In this document: in pieces, positions 12,845-25,863 of the stretch | Layout of the letters: each line of letters begins with the position of its first letter | Numbering within the stretch: position 1 is the stretch's first letter | DNA from: Octopus vulgaris | Lineage: Eukaryota | Length of the DNA: 64,000 bases | Assembly: GCA_951406725.2 (NCBI GenBank) | Contig: OX597824.1 | Coordinates: forward strand, 88,598,001-88,662,000 | Reading direction: 5' to 3' | Made by a program: the position numbers and the translations under genes | The notes under the pieces: model-generated | Seen by the model: the letters and a program-made list of their open reading frames with translations, nothing else | Databases searched by the model: none | Told to the model about the DNA's origin: nothing

Positions 12845-13471
12845 GTTTTTTTTTTTAAAAAAAGGGGTCACCATGAGATGAAAATATTGAAATTTGTAAC
12901 TCATTTAAACTATTTAACAAAGACTTAGAAATAAACTTTGATTTTTATCATGAAGTATATTCATTGTGTATGAGAAAGAAATAACAATGCTTTGAATATT
13001 ATCAGTAGCAAGACATAATCTGGAGATAATCAGGGACGTTATTAACAAGGTTATCAGTAATTAATCATTAATTTTATTCATTCATTTATTTATCTATCTT
13101 GTAACAAGAAGATCGAATGTTTTAAACTACCAATGCGATAGCTCCCTGTCTCCCATATCTTCTCTAAAATTAATGTTATTTGCCTAAATTATTCTTTTAG
13201 CTTTCAACAGTTCCGGCCTCTGGCTCTCAGCTCAAACGTGTCACGGCCTCTTGCGCAGCTCTTTCAGCAGAATTGTTCCATTTTATGCCTTTTTCACTCT
13301 TTCATTCTATCCCAACCACCACCACCACCACCATTGTAGTCGTCGTCGTCGTCCTCCTCCTCCTCCTCATCATCATCATCATCATCATCACCATCATCGT
13401 CATCATCATTGTCATCATCAAAATCATTTTGCACCCATGGTGAGGTTTGATAGTTCTGTTCCAGCATAAGT

Positions 13472-13892
13472 CGTCTTATTTCTTTATTGCCCACAAGGGG
13501 CTAAACATAGAGGGGACAAACAAGGACAGACAAACGGATTAAGTCGATTACATCGACCCCAGTGCATAACTGGTACTTAATTTATCGACCCCGAAAGGAT
13601 GAAAGGCAAAGTTGACTTCGGCAGAATTTGAACTCAGAACCTAACGGCAGACGAAATACCTATTTCTTTACAGCCCACAAGGGGCTAAACACAGAGGGAA
13701 CAAACAAGGACAGACAAACGGAATAAGTCGATTACATCGACCCTAGTGTGTAACTGGTACTTAATTTATAGACCCCGAAAGGGTGAAAGGTGAAGTCGAC
13801 CTCGGCGAAATTTGAACTCAGAACATAATGGCAGACAAAATACCGCTAAGTATTTCGCCTGGCATGCTAACGATTCTGCCAGCTCACCACCT
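13472..13892 (-). mobile_element. SINE family A dimer
   Basis: Reverse complement of head (ggtggtgagctggcagaa..gttagca) plus two units. Confidence 0.85.
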
Positions 13893-16399
13893 TATTCAAT
13901 AGGTCATCTTACCCACTTTCTGTTGTTACTGGTCATCTTTTTCATGAGGTCCACATCTTCCTCAGTTTTCCTCTTCCACTAGCCATTGCTTCAATTATTT
14001 CCCCCCTTCATAGCATCCTTTTATTATCTTTTTTATATGCGTAAGGCACAGGCGTAGCTGTGTGGTAAGAAGCTTGCTTCCCAACCACATGGTTCTGGGT
14101 TCAGTCCCACTGCATGGCACCTTGAGTGTCTGCTACTATATAGCCTCAGGCCAATCAAAGCCTTGTGAGTGGATTTGGTAGAAACTAAAAAGTGGTGAGC
14201 TGGCAGAAACGTTAGCACGCCAGGTGAAATGCTAAGCAGTATCTCATCTGCCGTTAGGTTCTGAGTTCAAATTCCGCCGAGGTCTACTTTGCCTTTCATC
14301 CTTTTAGGGTCGATTAAATAAGTACCAGTTACGTACTGGGGTTGATATAATCAACTTAATCCATTTGTATGTCCTTGTATGTCCCCTCTGTGTGTAGCCC
14401 TTTTGTGTAGTAAAGAAATAGGTATTTCATCTGCCGCTACGTTCTGAGTTCAAATTCCGCCAAGGTCGACTTTGCCTTTCGGGGTCAATTAAATAAGTAC
14501 CCGTTACGCACTGGGGTCGATGTAATCGACTTTACCCCTTTGTCTGTCCTTGTTTGTCCCCTCTATGTTTAGCCCCTTGCGGGCCATAAAGAAATAAGAA
14601 ACTGAAAGAAGCCTATTGTATATATATATATATCGAATCATGGCCAATGACCCAGCAAGTAAAGTGAGTTCACAGCCATGGCCGATACCAGTGTTGCATA
14701 ACCAGCCCATTTAAAAGTACCCTTGAATCATCGGGTGATATGCTGCGCTTGAGAAGACCTACTGAGTCAAATAAAATCAAAATTGAAATCATAGTTGTGG
14801 TCAATGCCAGTGCTGCCTGACTGGCTTCCTGTGCTGGTGGCATGTAAAAAGCAGCATCTGAATGTGGTCAATACCAATGCCCACCGACTGGTTCCTGTGC
14901 CACTGACATGTAAAAAGTGCCATCCGAATGTGGTTGATGCCAATACTGTGTGACTGGCTGCCATGGCAGTAGTATGTACAAAGCACCCACTACACTATCA
15001 GAGCGGGTGGTGTTAGGAAGGGCAACCAGCTGTAGAAACACTGCCAGATCCGATTGGAGCTTGGTGCAGTCTACTGGCTTACCAATCCTCAGTCAAACCA
15101 CCCAACCCATGCCAGCATGGAAAACGGACGTTAACCGATGATGATGATGATGATGATGATGATGATATATATGTTTGTGTGTCTGTTTGTCCCCCCACCA
15201 TCGCTTGACAACCGATGTTGGTGTATTTACATCCCTGTAACTTAGCGGTTTAGCAAAAGGAACAGATAGAATAAGTACTAGGCTTAGAAAGATAGAATAA
15301 GTACTGGGCTTACAAAGAATAAGTCCTGCAGTCAATTTCTTCAACTAAAAGGCAGTGCTCCAGCATGGCCACAGTCAAATGACTGAAACAAATAAAAGAA
15401 TAAAAGAATAAAAGGATCATACCTCCATTATAATTGCAAAAGTCTTCCTTATTATGGACACCAGCTGTAATACCTGTATCTAACACCTGTATCTAACACC
15501 TGTATCTAGCCTCAATGCAATCAATACTGCACTTTGTAGACAACTGTTACACCACCCTCGGGGTTATATAGTCCAAAACAATAAACTTCAGTCTCAGCAA
15601 TAAAGGAAATTCAGTAAAATTATTTTGATAATTTAAACTCGTATTTGATTAAAAACTGCATCAGGTGAGAGCAAAGTTGAAAAGATAAGATGGAGTGTGG
15701 TCATACTGAAGTTTCTAATTCAGTCACACCATTTTTATTTGTGTTATATTATTACTGTGAAGGTGCCTGGCCTATTTGGTGAGATGCATTGCACTTACGA
15801 TTGTGAAGTTGTGGTTTTGATTCCCAGACTGGTTGCATGTTGTGTTCTTGAGCAAAACATTTCATTTCATGCTGCCACAGTCCACTCAGCTGTTAATAGG
15901 TAATCCTGTTATGGACTGATCTTCCAGTGGAGGCAAATGGCTTAGTGGTTAGGGTGTTGGACTCGTGATCATAAGATTGTGGTTTCAATTCCTAGACCGG
16001 GCGACACGTTGCATTCTTGAGCAAAACACCGTTACGTTCTGAGTTCAAATTCCGCCGAGGTCGACTTTGCCTTTCATCCTTTCAGGGTCGATTGAATAAG
16101 TACCAGTTAAGCACAGGGGTCGATGTAATCGACTTAATCCCTTTGTCTGTCCTTGTTTGTCCTCTCTGTGTTTAGCCCCTTGTGGGTAGTAAAGAAATAG
16201 GTATTTCACCTGCCGTTACGTTCTGAGTTCAAATTCCACCGAGGTCGACTTTGCCTTTCATCCTTTCAGGGTCGATTGAATAAGTACCAGTTAAGCACAG
16301 GTGTCGATGTAATCGACTTAATCCCTTTGTCTGTCCTTGTTTGTCCCCTCTATGTTTAGCCCCCTGTGAGCAATAAAGAAATAACTATTACTACTTGTG

Positions 16400-16797
16400 T
16401 ATGGAAGCACTCCGTCGCTTACGACGACAAGGGTTCTGGTTGATCCGAATCAATGGAACAGCCTGCTCATGAGATTAACGCGTAAGTGGTTGAGCACTCC
16501 ACAGACACGTGTACCCTTAACGAAGTTCTCGGGGATATTCAGCGTGACACAGAGAGTGACAAGGCCGGCCCTTTGAAATACAGGTACAACAGAAACAGGA
16601 AGTAAGAGTGAGAGCAAGTTGTGGTGAAAGAGTACAGCAGGGATCACCACCATCCCCTGCCGGAGCCTCGTGGAGCTTTTAGGTGTTTTCGCTCAATAAA
16701 CACAACGCCCGGTCTGGGAATCGAAACCGCGATCTTAAGACCGCGATCTTAAGACCGCGAGTCCACTGCCCTAACCACTGGGCCATTGCGCTTCCAC
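16400..16797 (-). mobile_element. tRNA-derived SINE family C (tRNA-Arg-like head)
   Basis: Minus strand ggaagcgcaaTGGCCCAGTGGttagggcagtggactcgcgg...GGTTTCGATTCCcaga. Related copies at ~2620-2690(-), 46290-46518(-), 47980-48220(-), 8290-8500, 15930-16030; a related head at 29198-29530. Confidence 0.75.
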
Positions 16798-17411
16798 ACT
16801 ACTTGTGTATAACAGTACATTGAACCTGTTCTATTTATTTTCCATTTAATCACTTATCAGTTTCATTATCTATTTTTATCATTGGGAAACGTACAGTCAA
16901 TATAACTAAGATCAGCAGAGTGGCAAGCTTGGCAGAATCATACCATTCCAGACGAAAATGCTTAGCAACATCTATTCAGGCTGTTGGACTCATGATTGTA
17001 ATATTGTGGTTTCAATTCCTGGATTAGTCGAAACACTGTTTCATGCTGCCACAGTCCACTCAGCTGTCAATAGGTAACCTTATGATGGACTAATCTTCCA
17101 GTGAAGGCACATGGCTTAGTGGTTAGAGTGTTGGACTCATGATCATAAGATTGTGGTTTCAATTCCTGGACCGGGTGACACGTTGCATCCTTGAGCAAAA
17201 CACTTCATTTCATGCTGCCGCAGTCCACTCAGCTGTTAATAGGTAACCCTATGATGGACTAATCTTTCCGTGGAGGCACATGGCTTAGTGGTTAGGGTGT
17301 TGGACTCATGATCATAAGATTGTGGTTTCAATTCCTAGACCAGGCGACACGTTGTGTTCATGAGCAAAACACTTCGTTTCATTCTGAGTTCAAATTCCAC
17401 TGAGGTTGACC

Positions 17412-17568
17412 CAATAGCGTAGCTAGAGTGTGTGTCACCTGGGGTGGTCCTTCTGTTTTCCACCCCTGGACCCCACATATTGCATACAGCAAACCCAAAA
17501 GTGGTGCCCTTTTAAAAGTGTCACTTGGGATGGACTGCCCCTACGGCCTTGCCCTAGCTACTCTAGTG
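17412..17568. mobile_element. hAT-like MITE inserted in a SINE A copy
   Basis: Ends CAATAGCGTAGCTAG / CTAGCTACTCTAGTG; 8-bp TSD GGTTGACC/GGTTGGCC; interrupts gaggttgac|..gcctttcatc. Confidence 0.7.
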
Positions 17569-20191
17569 GGTTGGCCCTGCCTTTCATCATTTTGCACTTG
17601 ACATAATCAACTTCTCATTCTCCCAAAGTTGCTGGCCTTTTATCTTTTACTTGTTTCTATCATTAGACTGTGGCCATGCTGGAGCACTGCACTGAAGAAT
17701 TCTTAGTTGAATGAATCGACCCCAGGACTTTTTTGTATTCTATTAGTCTCTTTTGACGAACTGCTAAGTTACAGGGACATAAGCACATCAACATCAGTTG
17801 TCAAGAGGTGTAGCGGAGAACAAATACACACACATATATATACACACACATATATATACACACATATATATATATACATACATACATACATACATAAAAC
17901 ATACATACATACATACATACATACATACACACATACACATGCACGTACGTACATACATACATACATGTTTCTTTATTGCCCACAAGAGGCTAAACATAGA
18001 GGGGACAAACAAGGACAGACAAACGGATTAAATCGATTATATCGACCCCAGTGCGTAACTGGTACTTAATTTTATCGACCCCAAAAGGATGAAAGGCAAA
18101 GTTGACCTCGGCGAAATTTGAACTCAGAACGTAACAGCAGACGAAATATGGCTACGCATTTCGCCTGGGGTGCTAACACTTCAGCCAGCTCACCGCCTTA
18201 CATACGCACATACACACGTACATATGACAAGCTTCTTTCAGTTTCCGTGTACCAAATCCACTCACAAGGCTTTGGCCAACACAAGGCTATATAGTAGCAG
18301 ACACTCAAGGTGCCATGCAATGGGACTGAACCTGAAACCATATGGCTGGGAAGCAAACTTCTTGCCATACAGTTACACCTGTATCTTTTACCAGAAAAAA
18401 AAAAGCGGAATCTAATCAACCGCAGTACATCTCTGGTATTTATCTCCTACCAGAAGGATGTAAGGCAAACATAATAAAACTGGACTACAAATGATTAGCT
18501 GCATTGGTACAAGTATAGCTGTGTGGTTAAGAAACTTGTTTTGCAACCATGTGGTTTTGGGTTCAGTCCCACTCAGTGGCGGCTTTACTATTTTATTTGT
18601 TTCAGTCATTTGACTGTGGCCATGCTGGAGCACCTCCTTTAGTCAAGCAAATCGATCCCAGGAGTTATTCTTTGTAAGCCTAGTACTTATTTTATCAGTC
18701 TCTTTTGCCGAACTGCTAAGTTACGGGGACGTAAACACACCAGCATCGGTTGTCAAGCGATGTTGGGGGCACAAACACAGACACACAAACATATACACAC
18801 ACACATACATATATACATATATATAGATATATACATATATACGATGGGCTTCTTTCAGTTTCTGTCTACCAAATCCACTCACAAGGCTTTGGTCGGCCCG
18901 AGGCTATAGTAGAAGACACTTGCCCAAGGTGCCATGCAGTGGGACTGAACCCGGAACCATGTAGTTCATAAGCAAGCTACTTACCACCCAGCCACTCCTA
19001 TGCCTATACTTACCACACAGCCAAGGGGGTGCTACTTCAGAAAATTTTTAGCTGTTGTTTTAATATTGGGTAAAAGGAAACAAATATATAAAAAGAAAAT
19101 TTATACATAAACTTGATCAGTTCACTTTTTAGCCACTGTCATGTAGTGTGTTTAATTTGTTCACTGAACACTGCCATGAATTCCCCCTTGTTTTTCAAGA
19201 ATCACTCCCGAGGAGGAGGAGGAGGAGGAGGAGGAGGAGGAAGATTAAGAAGAAGAAGAAGAAGAAGAAGAGGCCAAAGTCTTGAAACTTGTATTTTGCA
19301 GAGGCACAGGCTAAAAAGTATCAATGTGTGCCCCTTGTTTGGACCCTTTCTCAGCAACATTACAATTCTTCAGCTCATAGAAATGAGGATTCTCCTGTTG
19401 TGAAGTCAATTACTGTAGGTATCTACCAAGGGGTCGCCATGTGTGGTATATAAATATAAAACTTGTAGGACAGACCATCCAAACAAAGAGATCTACCCTT
19501 CATGCAACTAGCCCTCACTTCTGTGGTGTATGCGAGAGATTCGAAATAAGGACACCTACCTTCTCTTCGCTCAACGGAGACCTCTCAGCGGTAATTGACC
19601 CTTCAACGCAGCCCGACCCGAACACTAGAAATAGCAGCTGCTTCTCCCCTACCTTAACAACGTGCTCACGCGTCTAACTCCTTCGGTTACCTCGATCGAA
19701 AAGAAGAATCCTGCCCTGCCTGCGCGCGTGTCACTGCTGCCCCTTCCGGTCAGCCCCAAGTTCTGGTCAGCTCCCCAGCTGCTGATGTCATCCCACATAC
19801 TCTATTGGCATTAGGAAGGGCATCCAGCAGTAGGAACCATACCACAACAGATAACTGGAGCCTGGTGCAGCCCTCGGACTGTCCAGCACCAGTCAAGCTG
19901 TCCCACCCATGCCAGCTTGGAAAACAGATATCATATGATGATGATGGTGATGATGACGATGATGATGATGATGATTGTGTCTCTGACACCCAAGATCATT
20001 GGGAGGACCTAATGAAACTTGTTCATGTCCACATTAGAACATTCAAAACAAGCTGATACATGTCAGACAACTGGAAACGTCTGAGTAGGTTTGTGAAACC
20101 CTTTACATTTCTTTCTTTCTCCCCTTAGCTAGTCTCACACAGTCTAATCTCCCACGAGCAGGCTATTCCCAGAATAAAAAACTCTAGATAC

Positions 20192-20406
20192 CTAAAGAAA
20201 TCCAGTTGTCTCTGTCCAAACAGGGGCAGTGGCTCTCCCTGGTGGTCACACACAACACTACTGATTCAGCTTTGAGTCCTGGGAAATGCTTCACCTTGTG
20301 AGATCTAGACTTTTCCAAAACAACACACAACTCCATCTTCCAATCTGAGTTATCTTGGAGATGTGTATACTTTGTAGTTGTTGAAGAAGGATGTGAAGAG
20401 TTGTGC
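20192..20406 (-). other. Candidate exon of an unannotated minus-strand transcript
   Basis: Unique sequence bounded by a strong acceptor (gtgtttctgttttCAG) and a donor (TAG|GTATCT); open in one frame; no recognisable homology. Confidence 0.35.
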
Positions 20407-20883
20407 CTGAAAACAGAAACACGCCTTTTAATCATAGGTCCCTTAGAAATTATTTTTCGTTGCCAGTGGTTGGCGTTAAGAAGGGGATCCAGCTGTAGAA
20501 ACTCTGCCAGATCAAGATAGAAGCCCGGTGCAGCGATCTGGCTCGCCAGCCCTCAGTCATTCGTCCAACCCATGCTAGCATGGAAAGCGGACGTTAAACG
20601 AAACGAAAAACAATGATACATACATATACATAATCAAAATCCCGGGTCCGGCACAATCACGACATACAGAAAACCGCACGACTAGGAGTTGCACTCATAT
20701 TTTGTAGAGTAATTTCAATATAAGAGAAAATACAAAACCCAATACTAAACGTTGTACATAATACTGAAAAATACTAATAACGCCTGTTGTGTTTACAGAT
20801 GTGGGTTCGTATTCCATGGACAGCCTTCGACTTTTCTATAAAGAGGGGTTTTTGACCCATTATTTACATGCTATTATTTATAG

Positions 20884-21070
20884 GGCGATCCTTCGGTATA
20901 GGTACCGTAAGTGGCTTTATTTACATTTCTGAAGGTAACAGAAACCCTTTTCTCCCACCCCTAACCCTAACCCTAACACAAACCCTAACCTCCCATATAT
21001 ATATATATATATAAACCCCACTTTCTTGAAATGTATCCGGTACTTCCGGTACCTATACCGAAGTTACGCC
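20884..21070. mobile_element. GG-terminated MITE (Merlin-like) with telomere-like internal tract
   Basis: TIRs GGCGATCCTTCGGTATAGGTACCG / CGGTACCTATACCGAAGTTACGCC; perfect 8-bp TSD ATTTATAG; internal (CCCTAA)3. Confidence 0.85.
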
Positions 21071-21249
21071 ATTTATAGCTTTATCTACTTCAAGATCCAC
21101 CGTTGCAAAAAAAAAAAAAAGAACTACAATAATAGTAATACTTTTATTAAATTTTTTTTTTCATATCTCCTAAATTTCTAAGTTGTGTGTGTATGTGCGT
21201 GTGTTATTTTTTTTTTAATTAACATTCATAAATATTCTGGACTATGTAC

Positions 21250-21911
21250 TAAGAATGATGATATTTTAAACATTTGGTAGTATCTCGTCAACGATACAAA
21301 TAGGACTCGCAATAAACAAAGGATTAATCTCATCAGATTAAAGTCTAGGCAGAGTAGGTGTATTCTGAAGAGAGGATACTTTTAATAGGTTACACCGTAA
21401 ATCCAGTCTGCTCGTCACTAGCAAAGCGACAGCATCATGGCTCTATGTCATGTGTACTCAGCTGGGTCTGGCCTCCTCACAACGGCCTACTTCATCAAGC
21501 ATGAAAAATCAGTCTACTAGCTCACAACACCTGCTCTAGCAACGAACATAAATCGATCCGTCTTCTCTTGACATTTCCTGATGTATATATATATAAACTG
21601 TTTAGCCGTTTGATCACTAACAGTTTTTAACAAGTAAAAACACGTTGGGTGTGTAATAATTGGTCGCAATTCAACTTTCAAGCAAACTTTTCAAGTCGGA
21701 TCTCTCCGTTGAACAACATTAACTCACAGGTTTACACAACTACAGATATTTCAGCTTTGACCTCGGCCTGTGTCTAGAATGCGACAAGTGTTTAATATCT
21801 GTTATACAACAATCTTAAAGCATTGATTAGTGTTAATGGTCGAAAGTTTCTGTAAAGATAGCATTATCTTTACATCAAAGAGTTTTTGAAGGAGCGGTGA
21901 TTTTGTAAATA
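21250..21911 (+). promoter_or_regulatory. Probable SGPP promoter/5' UTR region
   Basis: Unique, SINE-free sequence directly upstream of the ATG, with a TATATATAAA element at ~21587-21597. The TSS cannot be determined from sequence. Confidence 0.4.
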
Positions 21912-22625
21912 ATGGATATGTTGCAAAGTATTGTTTTATATCTCGATGACCCATATTTAGTTGCACGATTTCAGCGTTTTTGTGGATTGTCTTACAACGA
22001 AAATTCTGCAAGATCGGCGCCGTCCAGCAACATGTATTCTCAATCGGGATTAAAAAATTCTTCAATAGTCTTTCGCGATGAAGATGACCCCTGGAAGGTT
22101 TGTCATTACGACCAGAACGGGGCAAAGGTTCCAGATGAAGATGAAAGTAGTGATAAATGTATCCGTCGCAATGTAAAAGCACCAAAACCATCGGGGGTTA
22201 CGGAAACCGATGCAGCAGCGGACCAAGTGAACTTACAGAACGGTGGCCAGCCCATTAAACACACAACTTCTAACCCAGATGGGAAAAAAAACGAACTCCC
22301 TTACAAAATACAATACAAATCTCTCTACTATCTTTTTAGTTTTGGAGCTGCCTTGGGCGACGAATTGTTTTACACTACTTTCTTCCCTTTCATTTTGTGG
22401 AACTTAGATTTTTTCGTCTCTCGGAAAGTTGTGGTTATGTGGTGGATTACTCTTTACTTAGGCCAAGCAACTAAAGACATCGTAAAGAGACCGCGTCCCA
22501 TTTCACCCCCAGTCATCAAGTTGGAAGCTCGATATGAATTGGAGTACGGAATGCCTTCGACACATGCGATGGTTGGCACTTGCATACCTTTCTCTATGCT
22601 ATATCTGTTCCACCAGAGATATGAT
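21912..22625 (+). CDS. SGPP: Sphingosine-1-phosphate phosphatase (SGPP1/SGPP2-like, PAP2 superfamily), coding exon 1
   Basis: ATG at 21912. N-terminal LDDPYLVARFQRFCG and LGDELFY..FFPF..WN motifs typical of SGPP; PAP2 C1 motif KDIVKRPRP (KX6RP) and C2 motif PSTH. Ends ...HQRYD, then a GTAAGT donor at 22626 (phase 0). Confidence 0.95.
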
Positions 22626-23332
22626 GTAAGTAAACGTTTATTTTCTCCTTTAAACACCGATCGTGATTGTTTAGGTACCAAAGGGCCAATAGATGCCATT
22701 TACAAATATGTGAGCGGAGTGGTAGAATATTTGATTTATTAATTACAAAATGTATCGATAAACCACCACCCCCTGACGCAGAAATGTTCATTTAATAACT
22801 TTAAACCTAATTTACATTTACGTAATAACAATAACTCGGCAATAAACTTTAAATATTTGTGAGATACAGACGGCATCCACAACTAGTTTGGGTTAAAGGT
22901 ACATTTGACATTTGTGAAAATGAGACTAGGTTAAGTACCTTAAATTATTTTCCGTTGCCCCTCTACTCATTGAGGTCATTAAAATAAGTACCAGTTATAA
23001 ACTGAAGGACGTCTATGTTCATGGTTCTCATCGGGCTTATTATACATCTACCACCATCAATCATTATCGAATGTACTCCGCTGGTATTTTTATTTTTAAT
23101 CAACAGAAGCCAATATTTGTAATAGTAGATGACAGCAAGTCCAAAGAGGTATTCCGAAAGAATACCTCCAAATATTACTGTTACTAAATTACCAATCTGT
23201 TACTAAGAAATACATATTTGAAGGTGTCCTACGATTCGAACTCGGTTCTGAGAGATAACAAACACGCAAGTACAACACACATAACCCAAACTGTTTCTAT
23301 TTACCCGTGCTTGACGGTTTATAAGGCACATT

Positions 23333-23580
23333 GGCATTCCTTCGATATAACTCGACAAAACTAAAACAGTTCACTTCGGGTATTTCCGTGGGTTGTGGAG
23401 TATAGATATAGCAATGTCTCGTTTTAAACTTGAAGACAAAAAAGCCTTGCATATTTCATGTGTGTATGTAAAATCCGCAAATTTCCAGGCAGAAAACAGA
23501 ATCGAACTGTCATTTGCTTCCACGGAAATACCCGAAGTCGAAATGTTTTGACTTTTGTCGAGTTATATCGAAAGAATGTC
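23333..23580. mobile_element. Unclassified MITE with ~55-bp imperfect TIRs
   Basis: cattccttcgatataactcgacaaaa...cttcgggtatttccgtgg is the reverse complement of ccacggaaatacccgaag...ttttgtcgagttatatcgaaagaatg. Confidence 0.7.
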
Positions 23581-24515
23581 AGCACATTTACTCAAATCTC
23601 ATGAATACAATTGGTGATTCAAGAAATGGCTTGCCAGAATTGATGTGCATCTTATAAGCCAGTGGACTTCCTCGGCATTATCTGTACACCCTTACGATAT
23701 CCAACGATTCCTTATTGTCTGGGTTCAAAAACCCTACGTAGACTTTTTACTTTACGCCCTGAATGAAAAGAAAGAAGAAATCTCTTGGGACCAGCTTTTC
23801 CTTTCGTCCTATCAAATACTATACTTAGTCTTAAATCGATGGTGTTTTCAGTTTTGTTTATATATATACATTGCAATTGTCTTTGACATTTGAATAATTA
23901 AAAAAAAATAATAATTTTATATTCAAAATGTGGATCTTTTCGGTTTGAACGGCAGTTTTTAACATAATTTCTAGGTAATAAACTTCGTATACTGGTAGAA
24001 TGTGTTTATAAAACATTATTTTCTCTTGGCTTTCTTGAGAAAATTCTATAGTTTGAAACAAGATCCCAAAATGTTTTTAATTACTGAATAAACTATTACT
24101 GCAAAAATAATCTATTAGAATCATTAACATCTTTCATTTAATTAACATTCAATACTTCAGATGCCTATCAAATTTTGTAATTAGTCAATACCTTTATTGT
24201 CTGTCAAATCTACTATTACATTAATTGTTTTTAAAATAGCTTATTTGATGGCATATAAGATATACTTTTTTTTACAAAAAAATTATCTCAAGAATCCACA
24301 GCGGATCCAATATGCAAGGTCGAGCCTGTATTACATGCTTTTAGGCACTAAAAAAATTTTTCTTGTTGAAATTGAGATGCATCGTTTATGCCATCAAATA
24401 CACTACTCTCAATTCTTTATTTATTTTTCTTAATTAGTAAAAGCGTATGTGTGTGTTTTACATCGTAATTGGTGAACAATAGCGTTGTTGGTTAGAAGTT
24501 TCCACAAAGCTAATC

Positions 24516-25690
24516 GGTACCACTTGAGAACAGTGGTCTCGTTGCGCGCACTGGCGTAGTTGCGCATCCGCGCTAGCTAGTAGTGACTGGTCGATCCTAC
24601 AACGACTAAACCAGCAAAGTAAATAAAACACAAAATAAATAATTTTTTTACACAAAATAATTTTTGTTAAACAAAGTAAATAAAACACAAAAACACAAAG
24701 TAAATAATTTTTTAAACAAAGTAAATAACAAAAAAAAAACAAAGTAAGTATCGACTAGTCACGACTAGCTAGCACGGATGCGCGACTACGCGAGTGCGCG
24801 CACCGGGACCACTAAATAACACAAAAACACAAGGTAAGGATCGACTAGTCACGACTAGCTAGCGACGGATGCGCAACTACGCGAGTGCACGCACCGGGAC
24901 CACTGTTCTCAAGTAGTACCAAACTAGTCTCTGGTTCACTCCATTTCTGACCCGAGAGTGGCAATAATGCGTATATTACTTGACACAGAACAAATATCTC
25001 AAGGAACTTAGTTCATGAAACACCGGTTTTCTCAGCGCTGTTTACATTCTTCTCCTAATGTCATTCAGGCAATATTAATTTACTTTCATATTTCATTAGT
25101 TTCTGCCCCGACTGTTGTAGCCGTTCAGTTTACATGTCATTCTAAATTCTGGTACTAATTGAGAACAGTGGTCCCGTTGCGCGCACTCGCGTAGTCGCGC
25201 ATCCGCGCTAGCTAGTCGTGACTGGTCGATCCTACAACGACTACCTTAGCAAAGTAAATAAAACACAAAGTAATTAATTTTTTAAACAAAGTAAACAACA
25301 CAAATACACAAAGTAAGGATCGACTAGTCATGACTAGCTAGCGACGGATGCGCGACTACGCGAGTGCGCGCACCGGGACCAATGTTCGCTACCAAACTGG
25401 TACTACTTGGTTCACTACATTTCTGACTCGAAAGTGGCAATAATGTGAGTAAAATTGGTTCTACTTGAGAACAGTGGTCCCGGTGCGCGCACTGGCGTAG
25501 TCGCGCATCCGCGGTAGCTAGTCGTGACTAGTCGATCCTACAACGACTACCTAGTAAAGTAAATACAACACAAAATATATAATTTTTTTACACAAAATAA
25601 ATAATTTTTGTTAAACAAAGTAAATAACACTCAAAAACACAAAGTAAGGATCGATTAGTCATGACTAGCTAGCGCGGATGCGCGAGTGCA
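24516..25690. mobile_element. Cluster of three CpG-rich GGTAC-family MITEs
   Basis: Copies at ~24516-24920, 25151-25393 and 25458-25690 with ~75-bp TIRs (gagaacagtggtcccggtgcgcgcactcgcgtagtcgcgcatccgcgctagctagtcgtgactagtcgatcc) and A-rich cores. Confidence 0.85.
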
Positions 25691-25788
25691 TAACTCGGAG
25701 ATCAGCGAGCCACTCCTGGTTGAGTCACCACTTTTCCGCATTAGAAAGGTTACAGCTACAGTGTTTTGGCATGGTTTCTACAGTTGAA

Positions 25789-25863
<75 letters not shown>

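Noticed and set aside
10833-12904. 401-aa and 282-aa minus-strand ORFs as a stand-alone repeat protein gene
   Set aside because: They follow automatically from a stop-free 105-bp unit, are broken by a 4-nt deletion, and show no domain similarity. Kept only as a splice hypothesis.
13251-13494. Poly-His / poly-Asp ORFs
   Set aside because: Compound trinucleotide microsatellite (CAC/CGT/CCT/CAT).
20959-20990. True or interstitial telomere
   Set aside because: Only about three CCCTAA units, inside a MITE bounded by TIRs and a TSD.
21802-22191. 129-aa antisense ORF overlapping SGPP exon 1
   Set aside because: No recognisable features; typical shadow ORF of a coding exon.
22626-22742. C-terminal extension of the 276-aa ORF
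   Set aside because: Read-through into intron 1 past a perfect GTAAGT donor; PAP2 motif C3 is supplied by downstream exons.
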